Below, in pieces: positions 1 to 13,608 of a DNA stretch of 64,000 bases. The notes beneath the pieces were generated by a model, which saw only the letters and a program-made list of their open reading frames with translations, did no database searches and was not told where the DNA came from. A program made the position numbers and the translations under genes. The first letter of the stretch is position 1. Each line of letters starts with the position of its first letter. Origin of the DNA: Eledone cirrhosa. Taxonomy: Eukaryota. The DNA lies in NCBI GenBank assembly GCA_964016885.1, contig OZ024742.1, positions 153,946,001-154,010,000 of the forward strand. The letters run 5' to 3'.

Positions 1-655
1 TAGTATTCAGCATCCATTAAAAACAATTGCACCCCCTTTATCTGCTTGTTCAATTATTATTATTTTATCATTTTGTATACGTTTAAGTGCAGACATTTCC
101 GATTTGTTAATATTTCGCCTAACATTAGTATTACGTCTGAGAGGAAATTTAGACAGGATGTCAATGTATTGGTCGAGATATATATTTATTCCTTTTGGCG
201 AAGTGACATTTTATTTATTCTTTACTAGTGATTCATCACTCTCATTACTTTTATCAGCGAAGACTTCTACAAGTCGTAATTTTCGACAGAATTCTTGTGT
301 ATCCTCCTTCAGTTCTTGGTAGTTGACTGTTGGAGTCGGTGTGAATTTCAGTCCTTTTGACAGAATTTGCATTTCATCATTGTCAAAATCTCTTTTGGAT
401 AAATTAATTATTTTAGGATCTACGTGTTCAGTTGTTTTGGGTATGTTTCCTCCTGGAGTTTTTCTTTTTCCGGTTTTTGTTGTCCTGACATTAAAGAATG
501 GATTTTCCTTTGTTCAGGATTCATATTACTGTTGGTGTTTGCTTGATGAAATTTTGGCCGTGATATTATATTTAGTTTCGTTATGTTTTTTGTCCAATTT
601 TTGTATTATGTATATTATTTTTCCATTTCTTGTTAGCATTATTTTTAACAATCTG

Positions 656-857
656 TGGATTAACGGGTGTGGATTGGCAGTATCGGTAGAGAGTCGGACG
701 CCATGCTTTCCAGCATAGTTACGTCCTCCCTTTACAGTCTGAGTTCAAATCCCGCCGAGGTTAACTTTGCCTTTCATCCTTACGGGGTCGATAAAATAAA
801 GTACCAGTAATGTACTGGGTAATTGATGGCCTTGTGCCAAAAGTAGAAACAATTATT
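656..857 (+). mobile_element. tRNA-derived SINE (family A) with 18-bp target-site duplication
   Basis: A-box-like TGGCAGTATCGG and B-box GAGTTCAAATCCC; same ~200-bp sequence recurs several times in the window; ATTATTTTTAACAATCTG at 638-655 and 852-869. Confidence 0.9.
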
Positions 858-3069
858 TTTAACAATCTGGGAATAAGACCTAGGTTTGCTTTCAGAATTA
901 GATCGTTTTTCGCCGAGTTTCTTGTGGGTAATCTCTGTTGAGATCATGAGAGTGATCTGGTTATTCTACGGTTTTTACCCCATCCCTGTGGGTAGTCTCT
1001 GTTGAGATCTTGAGAATGATCTCCTGGTTTTTCTACTTCTCATGATCTGGTCAAAGGTATATCTTACGTGTTTGTGCTTTTTTTACATGTTGTGTGCGTT
1101 AGGGTGTTTTTGTAGAAAAAGCGAAACGTTCTTACCGTAGTTCTTCTTTGATTCAAGGTAAGGTGTGTGTTTGTGTTGCCACGTGTTCTAGCGTATGTTG
1201 TGTTGGCTAGATTGTTCACTTGTAATGTCCAGCGTTCCAGAGTCTTTACCGTAATTTGCAGCATATTCGTCGATAAATAATTGTTTCTGCTGCCATATAT
1301 TTCTTGATTTGCTTTCTTGTTTTGAGATACCTCTGATACATAGTTCTTGTAGTTTTTCAGCTACATTAACAGTCGTTAGTATTGAAATTTCGACTTCGAT
1401 TTCGTCATCGATAGCTTCGTACTTGACTTTGTAGCGGGGTTGTTTACATTGATTAATGGAGATGTCGTTCCTGAATTTTGTCAATGTAAGTTCCCATCGG
1501 AGTTTTGTTTCTTCTTCTGCTTCTCCTTCAATTTCTGTAACTAGGTATTTACGAGGGAGTATGGGTGCCGTTAGAGAGAGCCATTTCGAATGTGTTTCGA
1601 CATATTTTTCGCATTTGTATGTTTTCTATTACTTAATGTAAACTATCCCGCTACAAAGCCAAATACGAAGCTATCGTTGACCAAATCGAAGTCGAAATTG
1701 TATATATATATAAGTTAAAAAGTGTGTATGAGTGTGTGCGCAATCGTGTGTGTTTGTGTTGTTGTAATACGAAGCTGTGAGAATATTTGTGTGTATCAGT
1801 CTGTTGGTCCGTACAGAGCTGTGAGTATTAGTGTAGTGTAAAGGTGTTTGTTATTGGTCTAAGAGTGTGTGTTTCTGATCGTTACAGAGCCGTAATATCA
1901 CTGGGGTTGATATTACTCGAGTGCGTGTGCCAGCGGACGAAGTACGGATGAGAATGGCTATGGGTATAGAACTAAGTGTGAATGTATGAAGTGCTAGATT
2001 AAAGGAATAGGGGAGATGATTTGACTCGATTAACGAAACTGTGACAAGGCCGCTGGGGATGAAGAAATCCGGGCTGAGATATTAAAATCCTTATATAGAG
2101 AAGGTATTATCTGACTGATTGATGTGTTCCGGGTGGCGCATATCTGGAAAGGCACATCAGATATGGGGATAGAGAGTGATAAACCCAATCCTCCAAAAGG
2201 GAGACAATAGATATTGTTCAAATTAGAGAGGGTTCTCTTGATAGGCCAACACACCCGGGAAAGTATTTCCTATATTTTCTTGACAGTTAAAAGAGAAAGG
2301 GAATACATTTTTAATGACGCTTTCAAAATTACGATGCATTATATTGAGAAAGAACTCTCGTTTTTGAAATATTTTAATAAAAATAATCGGTGGACGAATT
2401 GACATATATTTCTATTATACACTCACTGACTCGAAACTATTCTTCCTCTTACTATCTTGCCCATCTAAATATACATGATCATGTATGACATTCACGTTGG
2501 TATAACGATTGTGCTCAAGTGTACCCGCTTCCAGAGAACAAGAGCAAAACCTGGAAGTGCTACACAATATTTTAATCTTGCAGTTCATTTGTTCCAATAT
2601 ATGGGAAAATTGTGGACGGTCGAATTTAACTAAAATCAAAATGTATTTTAATTTCCATGAATATATATTCATAATTATAGCAATTTTGTATAATTATTTT
2701 AATAAATAAAAAACAGGTCTTAGAGGGAGAAAAACAACAATTATAAACAGATTCCTAATTCACTAGTCACACAAGGTGCAAGATCAAATTACAGAGTGCG
2801 CAAATAAATGGTTGAATGCTCAGATTCAAATATGACTCACTGACACGCTTTGAGACTTCCCCCGGAGAGACTGGCGAACCAAGTACTTAAATGGATCCCA
2901 CAGGGAAGCAGACGGAGAGGGCGACCCAAAAGGAACTGGCGCCAGACAGTTGAGAGGGACCTGCGAGCGACAAACAGACAATGGCAGGACGCTGCGCAAC
3001 TGGCTGCTGACCGAACGCGATGGAACACTATTATTGCCTCATGCGTCGCAAGACGCGGGAGCTTCTGAG

Positions 3070-4704
3070 TCTGGGTCGCCCTCTCCTTCTGCTTCCCTGC
3101 GGGCTGCATTTAAGTACTTGGGTTGCCAGTCTCTCCGGGGGAAATCTCAAAGCGTGTCCAAACTAGCCCAAACGTCGCTTGTAGATGGTAGAAGAGACTA
3201 GCTGCTGGTTGGTGCGATTCCTGACTTCCTGGTTTGTTACATGTTCACTCCATTTAATCCCCAGGATCTTCCGCAGACATCTGGAATCGAATGCGTCCAA
3301 CTTCTTCTCTTGGCTGGTCTTAAGGTGCCATGTTTCACTTCCGTACAAGAGTGTGGACAGCACATTGCTGTTGTAGAATCTCATCTTTGTTTTGAGGGTG
3401 AACTTGCTGCTCTTCCAGATCTTGTCAAACTGGTTAAATGCTGCTGAAGCCTTTCCCATTCTACATAGCAGTTCACTGTCCATGCTGCCCTTATTGTTAA
3501 TGGAGTTTCCTAGGTAGGTAAAGTTGTCCACTATCTCCACATCCCCCTGTTCAGTGAAGACACTGGTTGGTGGCGGGTGTGTCCCAGATAACATGCTTCT
3601 GGTCTTCTTGGCACTTATATTGGACCTACGCTTCCTGCTTCGACATTGATATTGTTCACAATGATTTGAAGGTCAGCTGTGATCTCTGCAAGTGCAGCAC
3701 TATCGTCCGCAAAGTCCAGGTCAAACAACTTTTGCTCCAGCACCCAAGATATACCCTGGCTTTAAACGCTCTTCTTAGTACCCAGTCAATAGCTATGGCA
3801 AAGAGAATGGAGAGAGCGAGCAACCTTGACGCACGCCAGTAACCACCTCGAACCAGTCACTGTAACCATCCTCTGTCCGTATGCAGCAATTGGAGTTTGC
3901 GTAAATCTGGAGCTAGACCATACTGATGCATAATGCTCCAGAGCGACGGTTGATGAATGCTATCGAATGCTTTCGAGAAATCGATGAATCTGATGGCGAG
4001 GGGCCTCTGGAATCGTTGTACGTCTCAAGGATGCCGCGTAGCGTAGAGATCTGCTCTGCACAGGAACGTTTTGGTCGGAAACCTGCCTGTTGTTCTCGCA
4101 GTTCCCGGTCTACCATGCCACGCATGCGTTTCAGGATCACTAGACAATAGACCTTCCCTGGTATGGATGAATTGTCACTCTCCTCCAGTTGTCACAATCG
4201 GCAAGGTTGCCCTTCTGGGGGATACAGACAACCGCTCCGTCTTCTGGGACTTCAACCGTGTTCCACACGAGATTACATAAGGGCTCATCCACTTGACCAT
4301 GCTTTGCCTCCTGACTTCAGCATTTCAGCAGAAATGCCATCCATACCTGCTGACTTGTTATTCTTAAGGTTTTTGATGGCCTTCCGGACTTCCTTCTCGG
4401 TGAAGTCATCAGTATTGATAGGTAACAAACTAGTAGATTCCTTAGTGCCTGCTGGCATACGTGGCTCGGGTCGGTTGAGGACTTCCTTGAAATGTTCAGC
4501 CCATCTGACTATCTTTTCTTCACCCTTGGAAAGCAGCGCACCATCTTTCGCTTGCACCGGGCCTGAGTTAGCTCTAGAGTTTCCGGTGACTTTCTTGGCA
4601 ATTTGGTACACAGAGCGCATGTCATTGCGTGCTGCAGCTGCTTCTGCCTCCTCTGCCTCACTCTCAAGCCATATTCGTTTGTCCTTTTGGGCGCTGCGTT
4701 TCAC
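3070..4704 (-). pseudogene. Reverse transcriptase domain of the RTE LINE, broken across several frames
   Basis: ORFs 4285-4704, 3913-4140 and 3163-3594 carry consecutive non-LTR RT motifs. Confidence 0.88.
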
Positions 4705-5079
4705 CTCCTTGTCCTTCTCAACATACTGTTGATATACTTTGATGACCTCTGGGGTAGTGGCATGTCTCTGCTGGTGTAGGGCTTTCCTTTCATTACTCAG
4801 CTGCCAGGTGTTGTCGCTGACCCAAGCTTTTCTGAGGGACTTCCTGTAGCCCCGGATTTCTTACCCTGCAGCTTCCATGGTCTTCTTCATTTCCTCCTAC
4901 CAACTAGCCGAGCCTGGTGCAGACTCCTCAAGGATAGCAAATATGTTCCTCAAAGCAGCCTCGGACTGTGCTTCTGTGTCACCGTTCTTCAGCTTGGTAG
5001 TGTCAAAATGCCTTGTAGTGGGTGCTTTCTTCTTCTGCTTCCTCAGTCTGATTTTAATTTGGTAACAGACATATAGTGG

Positions 5080-5790
5080 TCACTGCAGCGTTTCTGCCCC
5101 TTGGTAGACTCGGATGTCCTGCAGGCAAGGAGTTCTCCATATTTGGCCAATTGCAATATGGTCTATTTGCGTCTTGGTCCTGTGGTCATTCGAAGCCCAT
5201 GTGACCTTGTGGATGTTGTTGTGGTCAAATAGTGACGACCCGATTTTCATATTGTTCATGGCACAGAACTGGACAAACCTGTCCCCGTTGTCCGTGCAGT
5301 TTCCATAAGCATGCGGGTCAAGGTCATGTTCAAAGCCAACCCTGCTTCCCCCGATCTGTGCGTTCATGTCTCCCATGATGATCAGGAAGTCATGACGTGG
5401 GACTTTGTTGACAACATCTTGTAGTTTCTGGTAGAAAGCGTCCTTGTCATCGTCGTTATGTTCGTTGGTTGGAGCATAGCACTGAGCTATGGTGACCTTT
5501 GCATGTGATGTGGTGAATCTTGCTGTCCTTAGGCGTTCGTTGATAGGAGTCCACTCCTCAAGGGCACCACTGGCAGCCCTGTCCATGATGATTGCAACTC
5601 CATATATGTGGGTCCCGTTCTGACCGCCTGAGAACAGGATGGTCTTGAATTCATGGACACACTTCCCAGAGTCAGTCCAGCGGACCTCGCTGAGGCCCAG
5701 GATGTTAATTTTGTAGGCCGCCATTTCTCCGATAACTTACGCGAGTTTGGATGGTTGGTACATAGTTCATATGTTCCAATATCCAATACA
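5080..5790 (-). pseudogene. Apurinic-like endonuclease domain of the RTE LINE
   Basis: ORF 5080-5724 plus upstream IGYWNI segment in another frame. Confidence 0.88.
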
Positions 5791-6384
5791 TATGGTTGTT
5801 TTTGAAGACAGAATTCTGGTCCGCAGGATGTCGGCTTCCTCATCGAGACTTTCGCCGACACCGGTCACACAAACTCCGGTTAGAGACAACCGTTCTCCTG
5901 ACTGCTTGGAATTTGAATCTGATGCACTATGAATTGTTTTCGTAGCAGGAGAGATTTTCGGGAACAGGTCGCTGACCTGAAGCCCAACCACTGACATTTA
6001 GTAAAGAGACAGTAAGTGGAGTAGTCTCTGGTATAACTGCAAACCGATGGCCACAGGATATGGTGTGGGTCGCCTTCAGTTCTGGACCGGTGGCGAGGGA
6101 GGATTTCCTTCTGCTTTAAACAGTGGCTTCTTTGTTGAAGCTCATACACCTAGTGGTGCCGTGTCAACACCACCCCCTCACGTGGTTCAGTCCACCAGCT
6201 GAAGCGGTGTGCCGGAGCGTGGCGCTAGGAGCCACACGTTAGAGATTTAGGGGATGGATGGGGGACGATGATGACTGACCACCCTCCCAGTTAGGGTGCA
6301 GCTGTTAACCATCAAGGGTACTGCCCCTGCCCAAGTCCCCTATGCCTCCATATCGCCAAACCTTTTATAGTTAGGCATCTTTTC

Positions 6385-6680
6385 ACATTCGTAACTGGAA
6401 ATATTTTCTATATTTTAACATGATGCGGATATCGCAGAAATTATATCGAGAAACAGTGAAGATTTACTCTAGCTGCTTACAATTCACCGACAAGAAATCA
6501 AAGATATTTGTAGGAGACGAATTCCACTGAGTGAGCATTAAGAAAAATGTGCAGGAAGAAATATACAAAAGTTCAAAATTATTCCAATATATCAATTCAC
6601 CTATCTAGCTACTGGACAGCAAATAATAAACTAGAAGAAATTACTTAGTGATACATATGACCCACGCTTACATGCTTAGA
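6385..6680 (+). pseudogene. Degenerate Penelope-like GIY-YIG endonuclease remnant
   Basis: Hand translation gives NIFYILT*CG..NYIE and HRQEIKD.CRRRIPLSEH*EKC...FKIIPIY, matching the PLE endonuclease layout, with stops and frameshifts. Confidence 0.55.
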
Positions 6681-6849
6681 AATTCAAGTAGTAGTACCTC
6701 TTACCGAAAAAGTCCTATTATAAGACTACACATTATTAAATCGTGACGGTTATATCGCAACATAGATAATCTTATAAAGTTAAACGCTACTAGTATAACG
6801 ATTCTACAATATAGACATGGGTAAAAGGGTTCCATATATTTACAGTAAA

Positions 6850-7639
6850 TATTGTGTTGGCCAAAATATCCATTCATTTATTTACAGAGATGTTCTCATA
6901 GTTGCTAACTATCCTTTTTATCTTCCAAGTATGCACTCGTTTGATACTTGATACTTCAAATAAGTTCGTGGTGAAACACACAGGAGATTGTTTGTATTTT
7001 GTACGTTTATCTTTTAATCGCAAACAAAAATGAACAGATCCAGACATCGTGCTTGGAATCGCCAAGAACCAGCACAAAAACCTCCAAATAGGGATTTCAC
7101 ACTAAGAAAATACGGCTTTCAATATGGTGAGATTGGAAGTGTGGTGTCTTTCATGAAAATTTCCCACATTCGGATGTGTACTGTGAACAGCTGGATAAAT
7201 TAAACGCAGCGTTCCACCAGAAGCGTCCACCAGATGTTGCTAATCCAGAGTGTATTGCCTTTCATCAAAACAATACCAGACCACACACATCCTTTCAGAC
7301 GCGACAGAAGTTACTAGGGCTTGACTGAGAAATTTTGCCTCGGTCTCAACATTCCCACAATCTTGCTTATTCAGATTTACACCTGAATTGTTCTCTTCAA
7401 AATTATTTGAATGAGCGGAACTTCAGTTCTCCAGAAGATGTGAAAATTCATTTGAAAAGGTTCTTCGCTAACACAATCAGGAGATTCCTTGAACAGAGAA
7501 TAAAGGATCTGCCTAGAAGATGGTGTATGTCTGTGGAATGAAATGAAAAATGTGTCATTCATTTAATAAATATTTCGGGGATTAAGCTGTGTCTCATTTT
7601 CAATAAGAAAACTGAACGGACATTTTGACTAACCCAATA
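6850..7639 (+). mobile_element. Mariner (Tc1/mariner) transposon, internally deleted and decayed
   Basis: Imperfect TIRs TA-TTGTGTTGGCCAAAATATCC and GGACATTTTGACTAACCCAA-TA; transposase remnants HQNNTRPH (HDNARPH), HSHNLAYSDLHL (YSPDLAPSDYHL), IKDLPRRW. Confidence 0.82.
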
Positions 7640-7841
7640 CTGTGATTTAACTAGTAAAAGCGAAAACTGGTAGGATCATTAACTGCATTCAATATCCAAT
7701 GAAATTTTATAAAACATGAATGATAATATATATTTAATATCCAATAATATTATGAATTGCAAATGATATCGGATGGCAAACACTATTTTTCTCTAATGCT
7801 ATTTTGAAAGATGAATTATTAATATTTTTATGAACTGTTAT

Positions 7842-8225
7842 GGCGGTGGATTGGCAGTATCGGTAGAGAGTCGGACGCCAGTCTTTGACGCATAGTGTTA
7901 CGGCCCTTTCCATTTTGAGTTCAAATCCCGCCAAGTTAACTTTGCTCTTCAACCTTAAGGTGTCAATAAAATAAAGTATCAGTAATGGACTAGGTAATTT
8001 CTGGCCTGGTGCCAAATGTAGAATCAATTATTATAAACTGTTATATATATATATAACAGTTTATGATAATTGTTTATACTTTTGGCAGAAGGACAGCAAT
8101 TATCCAGTGCATTACTGGTACTTTAATTCATCCTTACAGGGTTGATAAAATAAGGTACTAGTAATGCAATGGGTAATTGCTGGCCTTATGCCAAATGTAA
8201 AAACAATTATTATAAACTGTTATAT
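7842..8225 (+). mobile_element. SINE family A copy followed by inverted and direct duplicates of its 3' half
   Basis: Full SINE 7842-8032; reverse 3' half ~8053-8127; forward 3' half ~8128-8225; each ends in the same flank ATAAACTGTTAT. Confidence 0.8.
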
Positions 8226-11214
8226 TAGGTAATTTCGTCATGGGTATTTTATTCTAGGATATATATTTATTACATATCTCTCTAATGCACTTTAATAATT
8301 GTTTCGTTTTTTCCTTGCAGGCGTTTCTTTACTTCAATAATCTTTCAAAATATGTCTCCGAAAGAGAACAGATGGTTCTTGCACATTTTTAACACGTCAC
8401 ATAGCAATAGATTTACATCTGCAAGTAAGTCCAGTGTTGAGCCATACACGTTAAAATATCCTTGCACGTTAAAATATCCTTGCAAGCTATCACCTCAGTG
8501 TGCAAAAGTACTAGTTTCAAAGTCGCATCACTTTTTTCACATAACATTGCAAGCAGTCACGAATTGTGAGCGCGTGTTTCAATTTTATTGATAGACCTGA
8601 TACACATATTTAAGTCATCTTACAGTTTACCGCTGTGTTTCATAGTTACAAGATGTTACAATGAACAGTACGTACATTGGGAAACATTTCCTCGATCAAG
8701 GTGACATTAAACGTCCAGGTGGGAGAGGTAAATCCCGATTATGGGATGTTATGTGTTGCGATACATTCTTATCCTCCAACCTTGTCGCTTCGGCCACAGA
8801 TCCAGGCACCAATGCCAACAGTAACATGAGAAAAAACTTGTTAAATATAGGGGGCTGACGGACAACTTCCAATTCTAGCCAGTGGGCTTCGAGATCTTAT
8901 GTGTCCTAGGCCCCCAAGCTACATATTTTTAATCATCAAATTGCCCCCTCCGCAGTTTTATGATTATAAATATGTAACAGCAATTTGTATTTTATGTATT
9001 TTTATTTTTATACGAATGTCATTCGACCCTAAACGTTCAAACGACTCTTGCCGTTTATCGACCCTCTTTGACCTCCACGCAATTATCGACCCATTGAAGA
9101 AACCCATCGATACTGATGACTTTGTAGGCTCATGTTCAACATGGTCACTGAAACTGTCAGAAATAGCAACAAGATCATTGTTCTAAAAACGCTGAACGAT
9201 ATAACACTAGATACACCCATACAGAAGCAAAGTAGTCACGCATCTGATGAAAGTCAAATCGTCCAAGACGTTCTTTAGTATTAAAGAAATTCTAAAATTT
9301 TGAGATACAACGGCTAGATATTTTATATATGGCAAACAGATTTGATATCTAAAATATACCACATTATGGTATTTGTGCCGATTTGTCAGCATGCCCAAAG
9401 ATACATCTTTCAATTAAATGAGTCGATATTACCATATTTGTCATTTTGTTAAATCCCAACTTAGTCAGATTGCACATAACTGTGAGCAAATAATTTTCCA
9501 GACATCAAGTATATGGTGTTCCCTTTTTAAAGATAATTGGATGTGATCTGAGGAAAAATTTGGTTTAAAGTCACCCTGCGTGGTTTATATCAAATTATGT
9601 CTTCTAGTGGCTGTCTTAGAATGGAAATTTGGGGATACTTCAAAAAACAAATTATCAAAGATAATATATATTACATGATTTCTGATGTAACTGGGAGAAA
9701 ATTGTAGCTATATAAAAAGAGAAAAATATAAATATATTTATGATGTATATCAGTGATGTTTATATTAATCTGATATTAGTACATGCTGTGATAAAAGCAT
9801 CAACGACATGTATCAATACTATTAATGTTTTACTATGGAGTTAGTAGAAATAAAGATAAGCTTTGGGGGAAAAGGCGCTTCGAGTTCACGTTGACACCAA
9901 TTCATTTTATAGCTGACGCTAATGCTAATACACTGGCATGAACCACAATAAATAAAATACGTAAATCTATAAATATCTATTCAGATCTTAGAAGTTAATA
10001 GATTAAAGTTCCAATATACTTCAATCGCAAATTACTTCGTTATTTTCCTATCAACAGTTTATATCCCTTTATATATGTAGATATATATTATAGGTTACTC
10101 CGTCCATCAAACGTTATATAAAGGTAGAAACATTACCAGACAATTGCTTTATTTTTATGACAGGCCTATCATATATGTAACTCGTGTGACTTTTTCATGA
10201 GGAAAAAGTGTTGATGAATGATGCCATTATTGTTGTTGATGTTATAGATTTTCCGAATAATTCTCATCAGAAATATTTTGTCTCAAACTATATTATTTCT
10301 CTTTAATGACTCCGCTTTTATGACAAAATCGATGTTTTGGTGCTGCTTCATATGACCTAGGCAATCCAGCCGTTTTCTCATAATTTCTCGGAACAGCTAA
10401 TGAAGAGAACTTTTCCATCTTTCAAGCGCTGTTCTCCGTGGAGAATCTGGATCAATAAACTTTGTTGCTCTCTCTGGTTGGTGCTAATTTTTTTGCTTTC
10501 GTTTACTCCTTTTAGATTATCCTAGATCAAAGGTTCTCTCAACGGGCGTAATATGCCGTTGGGAGGTTGGGGTTTGTGGAGGTTTACCTTTCGGAGCTCC
10601 AATGGGGGGGGGGGGGTCATTTTGGAGCAAAGGTGCGTAAAGGGGCCGTTTGAAGCTTTGAGGGGCGCTGGAAGCTTCTTTAGTTGAGTAAGCTTTATAA
10701 GTCATATTTGTACGTCTCTTAGAGAGCCAGTGTGAATGCATTTGAATGAAGAAAACGAGGAAAATAAATAAAAGAAGCTTGTGAAAGAATTCCCCAGAGA
10801 GATAAAAGAGAAACAAAAGAAATCAAAGAAAATGAAAATAAGGACAACGTCAACTTTTACAACAGTTACAAGAACAACTTCAACAGAAATTACAACAAAA
10901 AGAAGCAATGGTGGTACATATTAACATACACACACATACATAAATACACACATACGTACACACATACACACATATATAGACAAACAGACCGGCGTTAGTG
11001 TTAGATGAGGGTGAGTCCTGGTCAGCTTTCAGCCAGAGGTGTGGTATTTAATCTCCCTAGGTAATAACATCTGGATAAAATCTCCTTATAAAAAAAACAA
11101 AAAAAACATGAATCATGCAAAACATCCTTAAATCATGTCAACACACTTAAATATAAATGCATATATATATACAAATGTATAAATGCATAGCTATAGACAT
11201 ACGTAAATATATAT

Positions 11215-11378
11215 ATAACTGCTCTGTAGAACAACTGATGTTATTACATTGAGCTATTTATCTTACTGGTAATAAGGTAGTAATAAATTACTGTCTTTCA
11301 CTGTTTAGGGTTTAGAATATATATAAATATAAACAGTTTTAGTATATACATAACCATAAATAGTATCCTTAATACTAT
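11215..11378 (+). repeat. Isolated 3' tail of the element family at 31990-33290
   Basis: Aligns by eye with 33121-33285 (ATAACTGCTCTGTA...TTACTGGTAATAAGGTAGTAATA...CATAACCATAAATAGTAT). Confidence 0.7.
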
Positions 11379-11416
11379 ATATATATATATATATATAAAT
11401 CTACAGACATATATAT

Positions 11417-11490
<74 letters not shown>

Positions 11491-11522
11491 AGATCAAAAG
11501 ATGGTTAAAGGAGTTCCATGTA

Positions 11523-11589
11523 TTTTATTATGCGCATTTCAAAAACAAACATCATCATGCAATAATATTTGTGTTTTCATCAGATAAAA
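11523..11589 (-). ncRNA. Minimal type I hammerhead ribozyme motif
   Basis: TTTTAT-CTGATGA-long AU hairpin-GAAA-TGCGCA (palindrome)-TA-ATAAAA. Confidence 0.75.
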
Positions 11590-13541
11590 CAGGAGAACAT
11601 GGTATGAAGGCTAAAAAACAGTTGTGGATAGTGCAGTTTTAAATCAACATATGAAAAGTGGTTTTAGATTGATGTGTGATATTGGGAAAAATATTTTATT
11701 TAGAGAGGGGGGGGGGGGGGTGGAAAGTATGAAAAAGGGAGGAGATGAGAGTGAAGGTGGAGAGGGAGAGATGGGTGATAGAGAGAAAGAGATAGTTTTT
11801 ATAACTGAGAGAAGATATATTGTTTTACATAGAGAGGTTGAAAACCGTTGGAAGATAATGTATAAATTAAAAGAATTTGAAAATTAACGAAGGGAAAAAT
11901 ATGTACGAGGAAAAAATATTTTATTTAGGGAGGGGGGGGGGGTGGAAAGGATGAAAAAAGGGGAGGAGATGAGAGTGAAGGTGGAGAGGGAGACATGGGT
12001 GATAGAGAGAAAGAGATAGTTTTTATAACTGAGAGAAGATATATTGTTTTACATAGAGAGGTTGAAAACCGTTGGAAGATAATGTATAAATTAAAAGAAT
12101 TTGAAAATTAACGAAGGGAAAAATATGTACGAGGAAAAAATATTTTATTTAGGGAGGGGGGGGGGTGGAAAGGATGAAAAAAGGGGAGGAGATGAGAGTG
12201 AAGGTGGAGAGGGAGACATGGGTGATAGAGAGAAAGAGATAGTTTTTATAACTGAGAAAAGATATATTGTTTTACATAGAGAGGTTGAGAACCGTTGGAA
12301 GATAATGTATAAATTAAAAGAATTTGAAAATTAACGAAGGGAAACATATGTACGAGGAAAGAGAGGGCGTTTATGTATGAAGATAGAGAGAAAAAATAAT
12401 AATTGCGGATGAATATTCTAACGTCAAAAAGGTGTATGTTGATAAGCATTGTGGCAATTTCAAAATTAACGAAGAGAAAAAATTATTAAGGTTTGTGTGT
12501 AGAAGGATTTGAGAAAAATAATGTGAAGTTAAAGTTTGTATATTGAAGGAATTGATAATATGTGCGAAGAAAGAGTTAATATGTATTAACAAATTATTAA
12601 GGTTTGTGTATTAGATGATTTGAGAAAAATATTGTGAAGTTAAGGTTTGTATATTGAAGGAGTTGATAATATGTGCGAAGAAAGAGTTAATATGTATTAA
12701 GAATGAGTTCGTTGATGGGGAGAAAAAAAATTAATAAATTAAGGATGAAATTGAGATTAAAAAGTTTTATGATAGAGAGAAAAAATAATAATAATTGCGG
12801 ATGAATATTCTAACGTCAAAAAAACAAATGTATATGTTATGAAGGATTTTACAAGGTGAAGATAGAATGAGGGTAACGAGTAAACAAGTATTATAGAGTG
12901 TATAATGCCCTTTGAAGTAAGGTAGGAAGATGGGTATATTTTAAAGAGGTGTATGTATATGTGCCTTTGAGAAAAGATTCTAAATTGATAAAGAATTGAA
13001 TATTAGCTGTATACTTTGTGAAAAGTCCTATGAAATTTATGCAGGCAGATAGAAAACAAATCTGTACGTCTATTTATTATAGATTCTAGATTAGAGATAA
13101 TGGTAAATTAATGGTAAAAAACTATCTCTTTCTCTCTATCACCCATCTCTCCCTCTCCACCTTCACTCTCATCTCCTCCCCTTTTTTCATCCTTTCCCCG
13201 CCCTCCCTAAATAAAATATTTTTTCCTCGTACATATTTTTCCCTGCGTTAGTTTTCAAATTCTTTTAATTTATACATTATCTTCCAACGGTTTTCAACCT
13301 CTCTATGTAAAACAATATATCTTCTCTCAGTTATAAAAACTATCTCTTTCTCTCTATCACCCATCTCTCCCTCTCCACCTTCACTCTCATCTCCTCCCCT
13401 TTGTCATCCTTTCCACCACCCCCCTCTCTAAATAAAATATTTTTCCCAATATCACACATCAATCTAAAACCACTTTTCATATGTTGATTTAAAACTGCAC
13501 TATCCACAAGTGTTTTTTAGCCTTCATATCTTGTTCTCCTG

Positions 13542-13608
13542 TTTTATCTGATGATAACACAAATATTATTGCATGATGATGTTTGTTTTTGAAATGCGCA
13601 TAATAAAA
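13542..13608 (+). ncRNA. Minimal type I hammerhead ribozyme motif
   Basis: TTTTAT-CTGATGA-taacacaaatattatt...gatgtttgttttt-GAAA-TGCGCA-TA-ATAAAA. Confidence 0.72.

Larger units (their letters stand above)
2842..6355 (-). mobile_element. RTE-clade LINE, near full length, frameshifted; terminal ~230 bp on the opposite strand
   Basis: APE motifs (ILGLSEVRW, QCYAPTN, MGDMNA, QIDHI) at 5080-5724; RT motifs (NNKSAGMDGI, QAGFRPKRSC, FTYLG, LLYGSETW) at 3163-4704; C-terminal RRRGRP...W segment at 2850-3068 (+). Confidence 0.93.

Noticed and set aside
1-1640. Strand-biased, coding-like sequence on the minus strand (ORF 1188-1484)
   Set aside because: Probably a decayed transposon ORF, but no motif allows assignment
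6000-6360. Possible HDV-like ribozyme in the RTE 5' UTR
   Set aside because: Only a GGGGAC/GTCCCC pairing was seen; the nested double pseudoknot could not be assembled by eye
8340-8860. Possible PIF1/Helitron helicase remnant on the minus strand
   Set aside because: Only vague similarity; no diagnostic motif readable
10240-10275. Minus-strand CTGATGA...GAAA
   Set aside because: No stem I complementarity; likely chance in AT-rich DNA
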